From positions 5,403-69,402 of the forward strand of contig CAZNQS010000001.1 in the NCBI GenBank assembly GCA_964575515.1: DNA of 64,000 nucleotides, given 5' to 3'. The stretch comes from Candidatus Woesearchaeota archaeon. Lineage in GTDB: Archaea > Nanobdellota > Nanobdellia > Pacearchaeales > GW2011-AR1. This document shows positions 27,205-35,917 of this stretch, one piece after another. The position numbers and the translations under genes are program-made. Within the stretch, counting starts at the first letter, position 1; each line of letters begins with the position of its first letter. The notes under the pieces were generated by a model. The model did no database searches, had not been told where the DNA came from, and saw nothing but the letters and a program-made list of their open reading frames with translations.

Positions 27205-27421
27205 TGCTCCTGCCGGGATTTGAACCCGGGTTTCCGCCGTTCTCCTCTGCCTTAAGAAAATTAAGGCATTGGTATACAAAGATTTGCATCTCTGTCTCCC
27301 CAACTCTTGCGAGCTGCAGATAATAAAATGCCTGTCCTAAGGAGGACTGAGATTATTATCTCAACGACTTAAATCTCGGCAATCGAGAGGGCGGTGTCCT
27401 TGGCCTCTAGACTACAAGAGC
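27205..27421 (-). tRNA. tRNA-Glu(CUC) with a ~143-nt intron in or next to the anticodon loop
   Basis: Hand fold: acceptor GCTCTTG/CAGGAGC, D arm GTCT-AGAGGCCAA-GGAC, anticodon stem CCGCC..GGCGG with loop CTCTCGA, and T arm CCGGG-TTCAAAT-CCCGG. The exact splice sites were not resolved. Confidence 0.72.
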
Positions 27422-27612
27422 TCATTAAAGAAACTAAAATTGAGGTATTTAAAAGACTATTGATTTTTCAGTTTAAAAGGTAAATAATAAATACAATAAT
27501 CAAAAGATCTAAAATTACATAGAAAGCAAATATATCATAGAACATATCTTCCATAGACATCTTAAGTTTACATAAAATTAACGCTCCGTTGACATAAGAA
27601 CTTATATGAAAA

Positions 27613-27852
27613 TCACTTCTTAAAAACCTTATATCCCTTTCTTACTTTTTGAGAAACTATAATTCCTATTTCATCCCCTTTTTTCGCGCTAGTAACATTC
27701 TTACGATTTATCTGCATACTCTTTACAATTTCCTCAAAATCCACATTCCCTCCTTTAATCTCTATCTTTTCACCTATTTTAAGTGGTTTAGAAAGTTTTA
27801 TTGCTGCTGCTTTTACATGGTCAAAATAGTTCGTAACTTCACCTATTTCCAT
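27613..27852 (-). CDS. small beta-barrel protein resembling translation-factor domain II (tentative)
   Basis: 79 aa with KIGEKIEIKG..AKKGDEIGI. Confidence 0.35.
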   Translation of the reverse strand: MEIGEVTNYFDHVKAAAIKLSKPLKIGEKIEIKGGNVDFEEIVKSMQINRKNVTSAKKGDEIGIIVSQKVRKGYKVFKK

Positions 27853-27890
27853 ATCATAATAGAAGATTAAAGGGTATATAAGTTTTATTG

Positions 27891-28457
27891 TTAGAGTAAA
27901 AGAAATATCAAAATTCCCAATGAATGCAAAACTAAACTGAAAATTACTATTAGTATTGATTTTATCTCGGGCAATCCTGCCAATATTGTAATGGCTATTT
28001 CATCAGGAATCGGAGAAGCCATTATAAAACCTACAAAAATATACATAATATAAGTTTTCACTCTATGACTTAAACTTCTCGAAAAAACTTCTCTTATCTC
28101 CTTAAATCTTTTTGTATTTTCTAATTTTATTAATTCGTCTGCAAATGAGATCTTTATTAATTTGTATAATAATAAATTGCCTGTTGCAGAGCCAAGACCG
28201 CCCAAAATTGTAGCAACTAATAGGCTGTCTACATTTGCCGAAACCAAAAATCCTATTGCAAATGGAGTGGTAAAGCCAAATGAAAAAAAGAATCCTGCGA
28301 TAAACACGCCAAGATAGCTCAACTCATCAAGACTTAGAATTATATTATTAATAAATGGATTTTTAAAAAGGAGATATGCAATTATTATAGACACTGCCAA
28401 GAATATTAATTTAGGATATTTTATTTTGAACAGTCTTTTCATCTCTTTCTCCCGCAT
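27891..28457 (-). CDS. integral membrane protein
   Basis: 188 aa with about 5 TM segments. Confidence 0.5.
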   Translation of the reverse strand: MREKEMKRLFKIKYPKLIFLAVSIIIAYLLFKNPFINNIILSLDELSYLGVFIAGFFFSFGFTTPFAIGFLVSANVDSLLVATILGGLGSATGNLLLYKLIKISFADELIKLENTKRFKEIREVFSRSLSHRVKTYIMYIFVGFIMASPIPDEIAITILAGLPEIKSILIVIFSLVLHSLGILIFLLL

Positions 28458-28459
28458 TA

Positions 28460-28532
28460 TAGCCCCACCAGGATTCGAACCTGGGTCTACGGGACCAGAA
28501 CCCGCAATGCTTGACCACTACACCATAGGGCT
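28460..28532 (-). tRNA. tRNA-Gln(CUG)
   Basis: Hand fold: acceptor AGCCCTA/TGGGGCT, D arm GTGT-AGTGGTCAA-GCAT, anticodon arm GCGGG-TTCTGGT-CCCGT, and T arm CCAGG-TTCGAAT-CCTGG. Confidence 0.85.
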
Positions 28533-29423
28533 GTCTATAATCTTTAATCTTTCTATGTGCTTTAAATTAGAAAAATTTATCTCTTTTAAATACTTGCTTA
28601 TATCACTTTTTCTGGAGATAAAAAATTGCTTATTCACGATTATTTTAGAAGGGAAGAATCCAAGTTTTATGAAAGCATTTCTAGTATCTATTAATAGCTT
28701 CATATTATAATTAGTAAAACTAAGCCTTATTAATTTCGGATCTTTATTAGACATACGAAAAACTGATCCATCAGTGTCTATTAATCCCCTTACGCAGGCT
28801 TTTAAGAAAGATTCATTTTCCCATACCCAATAAGGTATTGTAATTTGATTTTTTATTTTGTCTCCGGCATTTAATCCCATATCTATAAAAAATTCCACTA
28901 ATTCTTTACTATAAATATCGAGAAATCTTTCATTTGGTCTCAATATTTCTTTAGCTTTCAGATTAAAGATATTTTCACATAAATTCTTTAAATAATTTAT
29001 ATGGTAATCTTTATCTTTTTCCAAATCGCCCGCTATTCTTATGTGATAAACTCCTATCTTCTTCCCCTTTTTATAATAATTTATATTTCCATCCCCTAAA
29101 ATCGCCCCTATAAATTCAGCTAGTTTTTCATTTAGGGCAGGTTTAATTAATTTTATTTTAGATCCATTGGAAATTTTTCCCCCTTTAGATTTTCCCCAAT
29201 TATCTTCTAATATTTCTTCTATATAATTATCGAAATTAACTTTTGCAATTAAACATAATTCTCTGTATTTAATTTCTGGCAAGAGCCTCATTTCATTTCT
29301 TAATTCGAAATATAGATATTTTTCATTTAATTTTAATTTTTTAGCTAATTCTTTCCAAGTTAAATTAAATTTAGCCAATAGAATCAATTCTTTTTGCTTA
29401 CCCGCTTTTAATTTTATTCTCAT
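28518..29423 (-). CDS. double-motif LAGLIDADG homing endonuclease-like protein
   Basis: FIGAILGDGNI and VRGLIDTDGSV. The last 15 nt overlap the 5' end of tRNA-Gln. Confidence 0.85.
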   Translation of the reverse strand: MRIKLKAGKQKELILLAKFNLTWKELAKKLKLNEKYLYFELRNEMRLLPEIKYRELCLIAKVNFDNYIEEILEDNWGKSKGGKISNGSKIKLIKPALNEKLAEFIGAILGDGNINYYKKGKKIGVYHIRIAGDLEKDKDYHINYLKNLCENIFNLKAKEILRPNERFLDIYSKELVEFFIDMGLNAGDKIKNQITIPYWVWENESFLKACVRGLIDTDGSVFRMSNKDPKLIRLSFTNYNMKLLIDTRNAFIKLGFFPSKIIVNKQFFISRKSDISKYLKEINFSNLKHIERLKIIDSPMV

Positions 29424-29462
29424 TCAATTTGATAATCAATTTAAATATATATAATTTACTAT

Positions 29463-29484
29463 TTGACCACTAGACTATGGGGCT
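29463..29484 (-). pseudogene. orphan tRNA 5' fragment (acceptor strand plus D-arm start)
   Basis: AGCCCCATAGTCTAGTGGTCAA is 19/22 identical to nt 1-22 of tRNA-Gln at 28532. It is perfectly complementary to that tRNA's 3' acceptor strand TGGGGCT. Confidence 0.6.
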
Positions 29485-29564
29485 ATAAAATCTCCTAATC
29501 TTTAAATCTTTTAAACCTTCCCAAAATAAGATATATTTAAATTCACATCTTGCCTATTTAAAAA

Positions 29565-30020
29565 ATGATAAGAAGAACTCATCTCGCCATAGGCACGGCA
29601 CTCGCCCTATATTTCTTGCCCTTCATAAAACACAAGCTATTTTTTATCCCAATTGTAATCATTTCCAGTCTTTTGCCAGACATAGATACAATGCATTCCA
29701 GTATAGGAAGGAAAAAAATCTTCCGCCCTGTTCAAGTATTTCTGACTCATAGAGGGCCGATGCACAGTTACACAATATGCGCTATAATCTCGCTAATATT
29801 GGCATTCTTCTTCCCAACCTATGCCCTGCCATTCTTCTTGGGATATTCCTTTCATTTATTCGCAGATAGTTTTACAATTAATGGCATAAGGCCATTCTGG
29901 CCATTAAAATTTAATACTAAGGGAGTTGTAAAAACAGGCAGCATGCTTGATAAAACAATATTCTTCGTATTCCTCATTATAGATATATTTTTATTCCTCG
30001 CAATATTCCTAACTAAATGA
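29565..30020 (+). CDS. membrane-bound metal-dependent hydrolase, YdjM/DUF457-like
   Basis: RRTHLAIG.., LLPDIDT.. and HRGPMHS within a polytopic membrane protein. Confidence 0.62.
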   Translation: MIRRTHLAIGTALALYFLPFIKHKLFFIPIVIISSLLPDIDTMHSSIGRKKIFRPVQVFLTHRGPMHSYTICAIISLILAFFFPTYALPFFLGYSFHLFADSFTINGIRPFWPLKFNTKGVVKTGSMLDKTIFFVFLIIDIFLFLAIFLTK

Positions 30021-30069
30021 TAAGAAAGATTTTTATAGAAGCATTATAATATATAAATGAGGTAAAAAG

Positions 30070-30408
30070 ATGGTATTTGGTTGGTTAATCATCGGAATAT
30101 TAATGGTGTTCTTATTTATTGCTATATTCAAAACTCAGGACTTGATGTTTATCTTCTCGCTAATGAAAAAATATGGCTTTATCTTCGTAGCTATAGCCCT
30201 GATATTATTTGTTTCATTTTCATTTTATAATATCTATAAGAGATACGATTTAGATTTAACAAACTATAAGGGCATAACGCACGCAGGAAAAGTGTATTAT
30301 ACGTGGTTCATCAGCATTTTCAAAAATGTGGGAAAAATAACAGGCTATGCAGTCAATCAAGATTGGGTATTAAATTCAACACTAACTAACACATCAAAAT
30401 CAAAATGA
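30070..30408 (+). CDS. small membrane protein
   Basis: Two TM segments. The stop overlaps the next start as ATGA. Confidence 0.4.
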   Translation: MVFGWLIIGILMVFLFIAIFKTQDLMFIFSLMKKYGFIFVAIALILFVSFSFYNIYKRYDLDLTNYKGITHAGKVYYTWFISIFKNVGKITGYAVNQDWVLNSTLTNTSKSK

Positions 30409-30623
30409 AGATTAGCCTAATTATTCTAAAATTATTATTCCTCGGCGCCTTATTTATAGTCAGCAACCACGAATTATATCTAAAAGAAGCCGGTGACAGA
30501 AATACATTTATCAATATGTATTCTTCATGGCTGGACACGCTTTTTACGCAAGGCCTTGAAGTCACAACTTACGTAGTCAAGTTTGAATGGCTTCCTATTA
30601 ATGAAACCTATACCGACAAATAG
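30405..30623 (+). CDS. small membrane/secreted protein
   Basis: N-terminal hydrophobic segment, translationally coupled to the upstream ORF. Confidence 0.35.
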   Translation: MKISLIILKLLFLGALFIVSNHELYLKEAGDRNTFINMYSSWLDTLFTQGLEVTTYVVKFEWLPINETYTDK

Positions 30624-30659
30624 TTATATTTTTATACGATTTTATGTCTCTCATTATAA

Positions 30660-30759
30660 GCCTCTATAGCTCAGCCGGTTAGAGCGCAGCATTGGTAAGT
30701 TGCAAAAAACTGAATATCCAAATATGCTGAGGTCCCGAGTTCGATTCTCGGTAGAGGCT
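30660..30759 (+). tRNA. tRNA-Thr(GGU) with a 26-nt canonical (37/38) intron at 30698-30723
   Basis: Acceptor GCCTCTA/TAGAGGC, D arm GCTC-AGCCGGTTA-GAGC, anticodon stem CAGCA/TGCTG with loop TTGGTA|intron|A, and T arm CCGAG-TTCGATT-CTCGG. The TTGG/CCAA pairing fits a BHB central helix. Confidence 0.85.
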
Positions 30760-30817
30760 TTTTCAATCAACTAAACCAATCAGTTAACTATAAAAAGACA
30801 TTTTTTATTAGTCTAAT

Positions 30818-31285
30818 ATGGAGCTCAAGAATCTAAAGAAAGAATACGCTGAATTGGAAAAAAAATACAAATTGCCAAAATTTGAGAATTTGAATGCTGA
30901 CTTTGAAATAGACAAATTAGACAAAGAAAGCGACAGCATATTAAGAGCAATCAGAAAAATTATGATGGAGAAAATAGTCAATTCAATGAGCTTCTTGGAA
31001 ATGCTGATTAATCCTGTCAATGCCCCAAGAATGTATCTACCATATATCAGAACAATGAGCGCTGAAGACAGAAAAATAATTGATGACATATACTCCTCGC
31101 TCGCTGATTTAAGTTTGCTCTCTCTGGAATTAGAAATCGACACGGCAGAAAGCAACGAAGCAAGCTTGATTAAAGATGTTTTTAAAAAATGGCAGGAGCT
31201 AAGACAGGGATTCAGGCAGATAATCGCCAGCATAAAAGCCCCAAAGAATTTTGTCAATAGAAGAGAGAAAACTTATTTCGGATAA
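30818..31285 (+). CDS. hypothetical protein
   Basis: 155 aa with normal charged composition. The overlapping minus-strand ORF is a low-complexity shadow. Confidence 0.5.
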   Translation: MELKNLKKEYAELEKKYKLPKFENLNADFEIDKLDKESDSILRAIRKIMMEKIVNSMSFLEMLINPVNAPRMYLPYIRTMSAEDRKIIDDIYSSLADLSLLSLELEIDTAESNEASLIKDVFKKWQELRQGFRQIIASIKAPKNFVNRREKTYFG

Positions 31286-31288
31286 GTT

Positions 31289-32935
31289 TTAGCTCGCCCT
31301 TCTAATAATATTAAAAATCTCTTCAAGTGAAATTTCCAATATAGATGCTGGCATCCTGATATTCCATGCATTAAGCGTCTTTGGATGCAAGTCTCCCATG
31401 TATCCTATAATTTTATTATCTATCAAAATAGATGCTGTTCTGCCTTCTATAAAATCCTTATTGCCTGTTTCCTCTATTTTATACTCCAACCCAAGAATTT
31501 TCGTGAAATAATCAAGAATTTGTTTCATCTCAGTAAAATTTCCAGGAGTTAATGCTATGATAAGATTTTCCTCTTCAGTAATTCCTGTTTCTGCCTGCAT
31601 TTTTGCATCTTTGGAAAAAACTTTCCCAATCTCAAATAACTTTTGCGGATAATCAGCGTCTTTATTCTCTGATAATATTCTAAGCATTGGAACAAGCAGG
31701 TTATAACGAAGAAACTTATAGTCTGTTTTGGAATTTTCCAGCTCTATAAGATTGTCCTGTTTTTCTCTTTCTATTTCCTCTTTTTTAATCAGATTATATG
31801 AAGAAATTTCTATCAAGCCCAAGCCTGCTAAAATATCAGAGAGCTTGGATTTTATCTTGCCTTCTTGGGATTCTTCAGCTACGAAAGAAATGCCTCCCAT
31901 CTCCGGTATAAGCCTGTCATAACCATAGGCAATAGCAATGTCCTCAATTACATCCACTTCATGCAGGATGTCAAATCTCCAAGGAGAAATCTCCACAACG
32001 CCATTTTTATAGCTATAGCTCATCCTTTCCAAAAGCCTTGCTAATTCCTGCTGTTTCAAATTCAGCCCAAGCAGTTTATTTGCGTGCTCTAATGAAAGCT
32101 TGATTTTTTCAGGAGTTAAATTAGGAGCAATATGTTTATCTTTCCCGTAATTAAGCTCCATCGCATAAATCTCGCCGCCCATATCGGAAAGCGCTGTCAC
32201 AAAAATGTTTAAGGTTTTCATCAGCAATGAAAAATCCATTCCAGAACACTCTATAAAAACATCTCTTGTCAGATTAGTGATTCTTCCTGTTTCATCGCTG
32301 TTGATTACTGGAGGCATGGACAGGATATTATTTTTGCTGTCAATAAAGACCGGATATTTAGGGAATCCTTCAAGCAAGTGCGCATATTCTTTCCCTGTTT
32401 GATGTTTTTGAATAATTTGAAAGCCATTCATCTCCCTATTTGCTCCTAATGGAATGAAATTTATTTTTTCAGGAGCAAGAGCAGTATATGTTATCGGCAG
32501 TTTTATCTTTTCAAGCGGATATATCCCTATTGCCAATTTTTTTCTGTTTCTCCCGATAGTTACATGCAATTTCTCCTGCAAGTCTATTACCTCTTTAATT
32601 CTCTCATCATCAAATGAAATATTTTTCACTATGGCGCAGGCTGTAAATGGGCGCACTGTTTTCACAGCCGCGTCTATCTTAACATAATAATCTCTTCCAG
32701 GCTTGTTTATTTTGTATTTTTTAATGCCTTTTTCCTTTCCTAAAAAATTTCTGAAAGCGCGGATAAATCCCCGCATAGAAAGCAAATCTGGCCTATTAGG
32801 AAGAATTTCAACTTCTATTTCCCTATCATTTATTCTCTCTATAGGCACTCCAAATAAATTTATCTTGTTCATTATTTCATCTGTCAATTTAAAGTGCTTT
32901 TCAAATTCCACTCTGGAGAATTTTACATTTGCCAT
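31289..32935 (-). CDS. pheT: phenylalanyl-tRNA synthetase beta subunit (archaeal type)
   Basis: 548 aa with the B3/4 and B5 domain pattern (ILPNRPDLLS). It is adjacent to pheS. Confidence 0.9.
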   Translation of the reverse strand: MANVKFSRVEFEKHFKLTDEIMNKINLFGVPIERINDREIEVEILPNRPDLLSMRGFIRAFRNFLGKEKGIKKYKINKPGRDYYVKIDAAVKTVRPFTACAIVKNISFDDERIKEVIDLQEKLHVTIGRNRKKLAIGIYPLEKIKLPITYTALAPEKINFIPLGANREMNGFQIIQKHQTGKEYAHLLEGFPKYPVFIDSKNNILSMPPVINSDETGRITNLTRDVFIECSGMDFSLLMKTLNIFVTALSDMGGEIYAMELNYGKDKHIAPNLTPEKIKLSLEHANKLLGLNLKQQELARLLERMSYSYKNGVVEISPWRFDILHEVDVIEDIAIAYGYDRLIPEMGGISFVAEESQEGKIKSKLSDILAGLGLIEISSYNLIKKEEIEREKQDNLIELENSKTDYKFLRYNLLVPMLRILSENKDADYPQKLFEIGKVFSKDAKMQAETGITEEENLIIALTPGNFTEMKQILDYFTKILGLEYKIEETGNKDFIEGRTASILIDNKIIGYMGDLHPKTLNAWNIRMPASILEISLEEIFNIIRRAS

Positions 32936-32936
32936 C

Positions 32937-33233
32937 TTATTTTTTCTTTTTGATTAGATTCTCAAGATTATCAAATCTTTGATTTATATATTTAATATGA
33001 TGTTTAATATCATCTCTTATTAAATTTATATCTCCTCTCACTTTCACAAAACCAACTGCAACTTTTCCTTCAATGGAATATAACTCTCTCCAGAGAGCTA
33101 ATTCTGACATAACCAGCAAAGATGCTACAGAAACTGATGTAGCCATATCTGTCGGCGACCCAAATAATTTCCACATTATTATTCCAATTATTGCAATAAT
33201 TGCAATCCAAAATATTATATCTTCTATTTTCAT
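32937..33233 (-). CDS. small membrane protein
   Basis: 98 aa with one or two TM segments, packed between pheT and alaX. Confidence 0.4.
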   Translation of the reverse strand: MKIEDIIFWIAIIAIIGIIMWKLFGSPTDMATSVSVASLLVMSELALWRELYSIEGKVAVGFVKVRGDINLIRDDIKHHIKYINQRFDNLENLIKKKK

Positions 33234-33934
33234 TTTATCCTAACATAAATTCTTTTATTATCTTTCCCTCTCGTCTCTGTATTAATTAACTCTAATTCTC
33301 CTATTTCAGAGGTATTTTTAACATGTGTTCCAGCATCAGGCTGTTCGTCTACATCTCCTATTTTTACTATTCGCAAGATTTTTATTGCGGGAGGCAATCC
33401 CATAGCTAACTTTACTAATCCCGAGTTCTTTTCTACGTCCTCTCTTTTCATTTCGTAATGAGAAACATCTAAATTTCTTTTTATCTCTTGATTCGTTTTT
33501 TTTATGTATTCTTTTATTTTATCTTTATCTAATTTTTCTAAATCAAAATCTATTCTTATTTTGTCCAAACTTATTTGATTTCCTGTCACTAATGCTCCTG
33601 TCTCTTTCTGAAATATTGCACTTAAAATATGGGCGGCAGTATGGCTCCTCATTAATTTATACCTTCTTTCCCAATTAATGATACAGTTTACTTTATCTCC
33701 CTTCTTTAAGCCATTTTTATTTAATTGATGCGTTATTTTTCCCTGCTCTTTTTTTACTTTTATAACTATAAATTCATCATTCCCTTTTATTATTTTTCCG
33801 TCATCACTTGGTTGTCCGCCGCCTTCTGGATAAAATATAGTATCTTCCAATATTACTCTATCTTCATTAACTTCTTTAACAATAGTTTCAAATTCTTTTT
33901 TATAGCTATCTCTCAAATACATCATTTTATCCAC
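33230..33934 (-). CDS. alaX: AlaX-type alanyl-tRNA editing protein
   Basis: HTAAHIL and the metal-binding layout of the Thr/Ala-tRNA synthetase second additional domain. Confidence 0.8.
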   Translation of the reverse strand: MDKMMYLRDSYKKEFETIVKEVNEDRVILEDTIFYPEGGGQPSDDGKIIKGNDEFIVIKVKKEQGKITHQLNKNGLKKGDKVNCIINWERRYKLMRSHTAAHILSAIFQKETGALVTGNQISLDKIRIDFDLEKLDKDKIKEYIKKTNQEIKRNLDVSHYEMKREDVEKNSGLVKLAMGLPPAIKILRIVKIGDVDEQPDAGTHVKNTSEIGELELINTETRGKDNKRIYVRIK

Positions 33935-35433
33935 ATCCTCATGCTCCTCAATTGCTTTAAATCATTTGAATACATTTCCCTCAAATCTTTTATCTTGTAA
34001 TAATCGCTTATTATCCTGTCAAACCCCTGCCCCCACGCAAGAACAGGAATATTTTTCCCAAAAAGCGGAATCACTACCTCTGGCCTGAAAATGCCTCCTC
34101 CTCCAAGCTCAAGCCATTCTTTTCTTTCTTCATGAAACACCTGAATTTCAACGCTGGGCTCTGTGAACGGATAAAAAGTCGGAGCGAACTTTATTTTTTT
34201 AAAGCCCATTTTCCTATAAAACTCCTGAAGATAGCCTAACAAATGCCTAAATGTTGCGTTTCTGTCTATTACAATCCCCTCTGTCTGATAAAATTCAAAT
34301 GCATGCTTCCAATCAAGCGTCTCATTGCGAAAAACCTTTCCAATTGTAAAATATTTAGCAGGTATTTCTGTTTCCTTCAATTTCGCAAGTGTCTGCGCAG
34401 ATAATGCAGTTGTGTGAGTTCTAAGAACAACTTTTCTTGCCTCTTTTTCATGCCATTCATGCCCCCAGCCCTTGCTATTATCAACGCCTGATTCATGAGC
34501 CTGCTTGACTTTTGCAACAATTGCCTTTTCAGGAAGTCTGCCTTCTGCGCCTTTTATAAAAAAAGTGTCCTGCATTTCCCTTGCGGGATGATCCTGCGGC
34601 GTAAATAAAGAATCAAAATTCCAGAAAGCAGTCTGCGCTATAGGGCCTGTCATTTCTTTGAAACCAAAATCAAGCCATATCCTCTTAGCATAATCAATAG
34701 ACTGGTTGACAAAATGCTTCTTTCCTCCATATATCATTGGGGCATGGGATTTTATGTCATAAACGCGGAATTTTTTATTCTTGCCCCAGTTTCTTATAAT
34801 CTCTGGAGTTATTTCCTCAATTAAATCTGTCTTCATGTCTTTTTTGATTAATTGTTTTCCAATCTCTGTAAGCTCAAATTTTATAATGCCGATTTCTTTA
34901 ACTCTTATAATGTCCTTTCTTTTCTTCAGATTGGAAAAAACCACTGCCAAATCAGGATTCAGTTTTTCCTCGTCAATTGGAAGAAGCTCAAGAAATTGTT
35001 CTTCAGGAGTTTTTTTGATAATCTCCTCCCTATGGGCAATCATCTTGATTTTAGCATCTTTTATCTCTACAAACCCCCTGTTCTTTAGTAAACCGAGTGA
35101 AACGTCAAATTCATTGTCAGATAATTTTGACAGCTTTTTTGCATTATCTATTGTTACATTAGTATTGCTCTCTAAAAAGCCGAGAAGCTTTCTTTCAGGA
35201 AGAGAAGTCTTCTTGTAATATATCCCGTTCGTACCAAGCTCTATCGTCTTCTGCGTTTTCTTCGTTATTTTAACAATATTCTTGCTCTCTAAAAATCTCA
35301 ATGCCCTTAAAACAGAAGTATTGTCCAAGCCTGACTTGTTCTCTATTTCCTCTATATCTAAATTTAAAAAAGGTATTATTTTCCTCTCTAAAGGTGATAG
35401 TTTCTCAATAATTTTCTCTAGTTCAGATGTCAT
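33922..35433 (-). CDS. pheS: phenylalanyl-tRNA synthetase alpha subunit (archaeal type)
   Basis: N-terminal winged-helix repeats and class II motifs (HPAREMQDTFF, LRTHTT, GGGIFRPEV). Confidence 0.92.
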   Translation of the reverse strand: MTSELEKIIEKLSPLERKIIPFLNLDIEEIENKSGLDNTSVLRALRFLESKNIVKITKKTQKTIELGTNGIYYKKTSLPERKLLGFLESNTNVTIDNAKKLSKLSDNEFDVSLGLLKNRGFVEIKDAKIKMIAHREEIIKKTPEEQFLELLPIDEEKLNPDLAVVFSNLKKRKDIIRVKEIGIIKFELTEIGKQLIKKDMKTDLIEEITPEIIRNWGKNKKFRVYDIKSHAPMIYGGKKHFVNQSIDYAKRIWLDFGFKEMTGPIAQTAFWNFDSLFTPQDHPAREMQDTFFIKGAEGRLPEKAIVAKVKQAHESGVDNSKGWGHEWHEKEARKVVLRTHTTALSAQTLAKLKETEIPAKYFTIGKVFRNETLDWKHAFEFYQTEGIVIDRNATFRHLLGYLQEFYRKMGFKKIKFAPTFYPFTEPSVEIQVFHEERKEWLELGGGGIFRPEVVIPLFGKNIPVLAWGQGFDRIISDYYKIKDLREMYSNDLKQLRSMRMWIK

Positions 35434-35478
35434 GGTTCGAGGAGGAAGAAAGAGGTTAAAAAAGTTTGGTTTTAAAGA

Positions 35479-35880
35479 TTACTTTGTTGGTGACATTCCC
35501 TTTATAAAATATCGCGCTCTTTCATTGTCTATTACCTCTTCTAAATCTTTATTCATCTTTTCAATTTCTTTTTTGTTTAGTATCATTATCTTTTTTTCTT
35601 TCTGCATTCGTTCTATTTCATTATTTACTTCTTCTCTTCCATAATTTCTTCCTATATAATAACCGCAAAGAACAAGTGATGAGCTAATTGCAAATCCTAC
35701 TAAAGAAACTACGAGCCCTCCAAAGATTAGTCTTATATTTTTATTTTGATAATTTATTCTTATTAATCTATCAGAGGCTTTTTTATGTTTATCTGAATTA
35801 TAGCCACCATTTTCTCCTGTGTAAAGCCTAAATTCATTGACTTCTTTTTCATGAAGCCTTCTATATTCTGATTTGTCCAT
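35479..35880 (-). CDS. hypothetical membrane protein
   Basis: 133 aa with a central TM. Confidence 0.4.
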   Translation of the reverse strand: MDKSEYRRLHEKEVNEFRLYTGENGGYNSDKHKKASDRLIRINYQNKNIRLIFGGLVVSLVGFAISSSLVLCGYYIGRNYGREEVNNEIERMQKEKKIMILNKKEIEKMNKDLEEVIDNERARYFIKGMSPTK

Positions 35881-35917
35881 TAAAATTGAATTTATTTATT
35901 GTATTTAAATTTTTCCT

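Noticed and set aside
24417-27215. An integron-like interpretation of the cassette array.
   Set aside because: There is no IntI-like gene and no attC-type imperfect hairpins at the cassette ends. The boundaries are copies of the tRNA-Glu 3' end, which fits tRNA-targeted integration better.
29463-29484. The idea that the orphan 5' fragment is a true 5' exon spliced onto the body of tRNA-Gln.
   Set aside because: Joining it after the D loop would give a worse D stem (C12 opposite C23) than the resident contiguous copy, which folds perfectly. A DNA-level duplication is more economical, though it is untested.
30808-31257. 149-aa minus-strand ORF overlapping the 30818-31285 plus-strand ORF.
   Set aside because: The minus-strand product is hydrophobic low-complexity sequence. 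The plus-strand product has balanced charged composition and a TATA-spaced start, so the plus strand was chosen.
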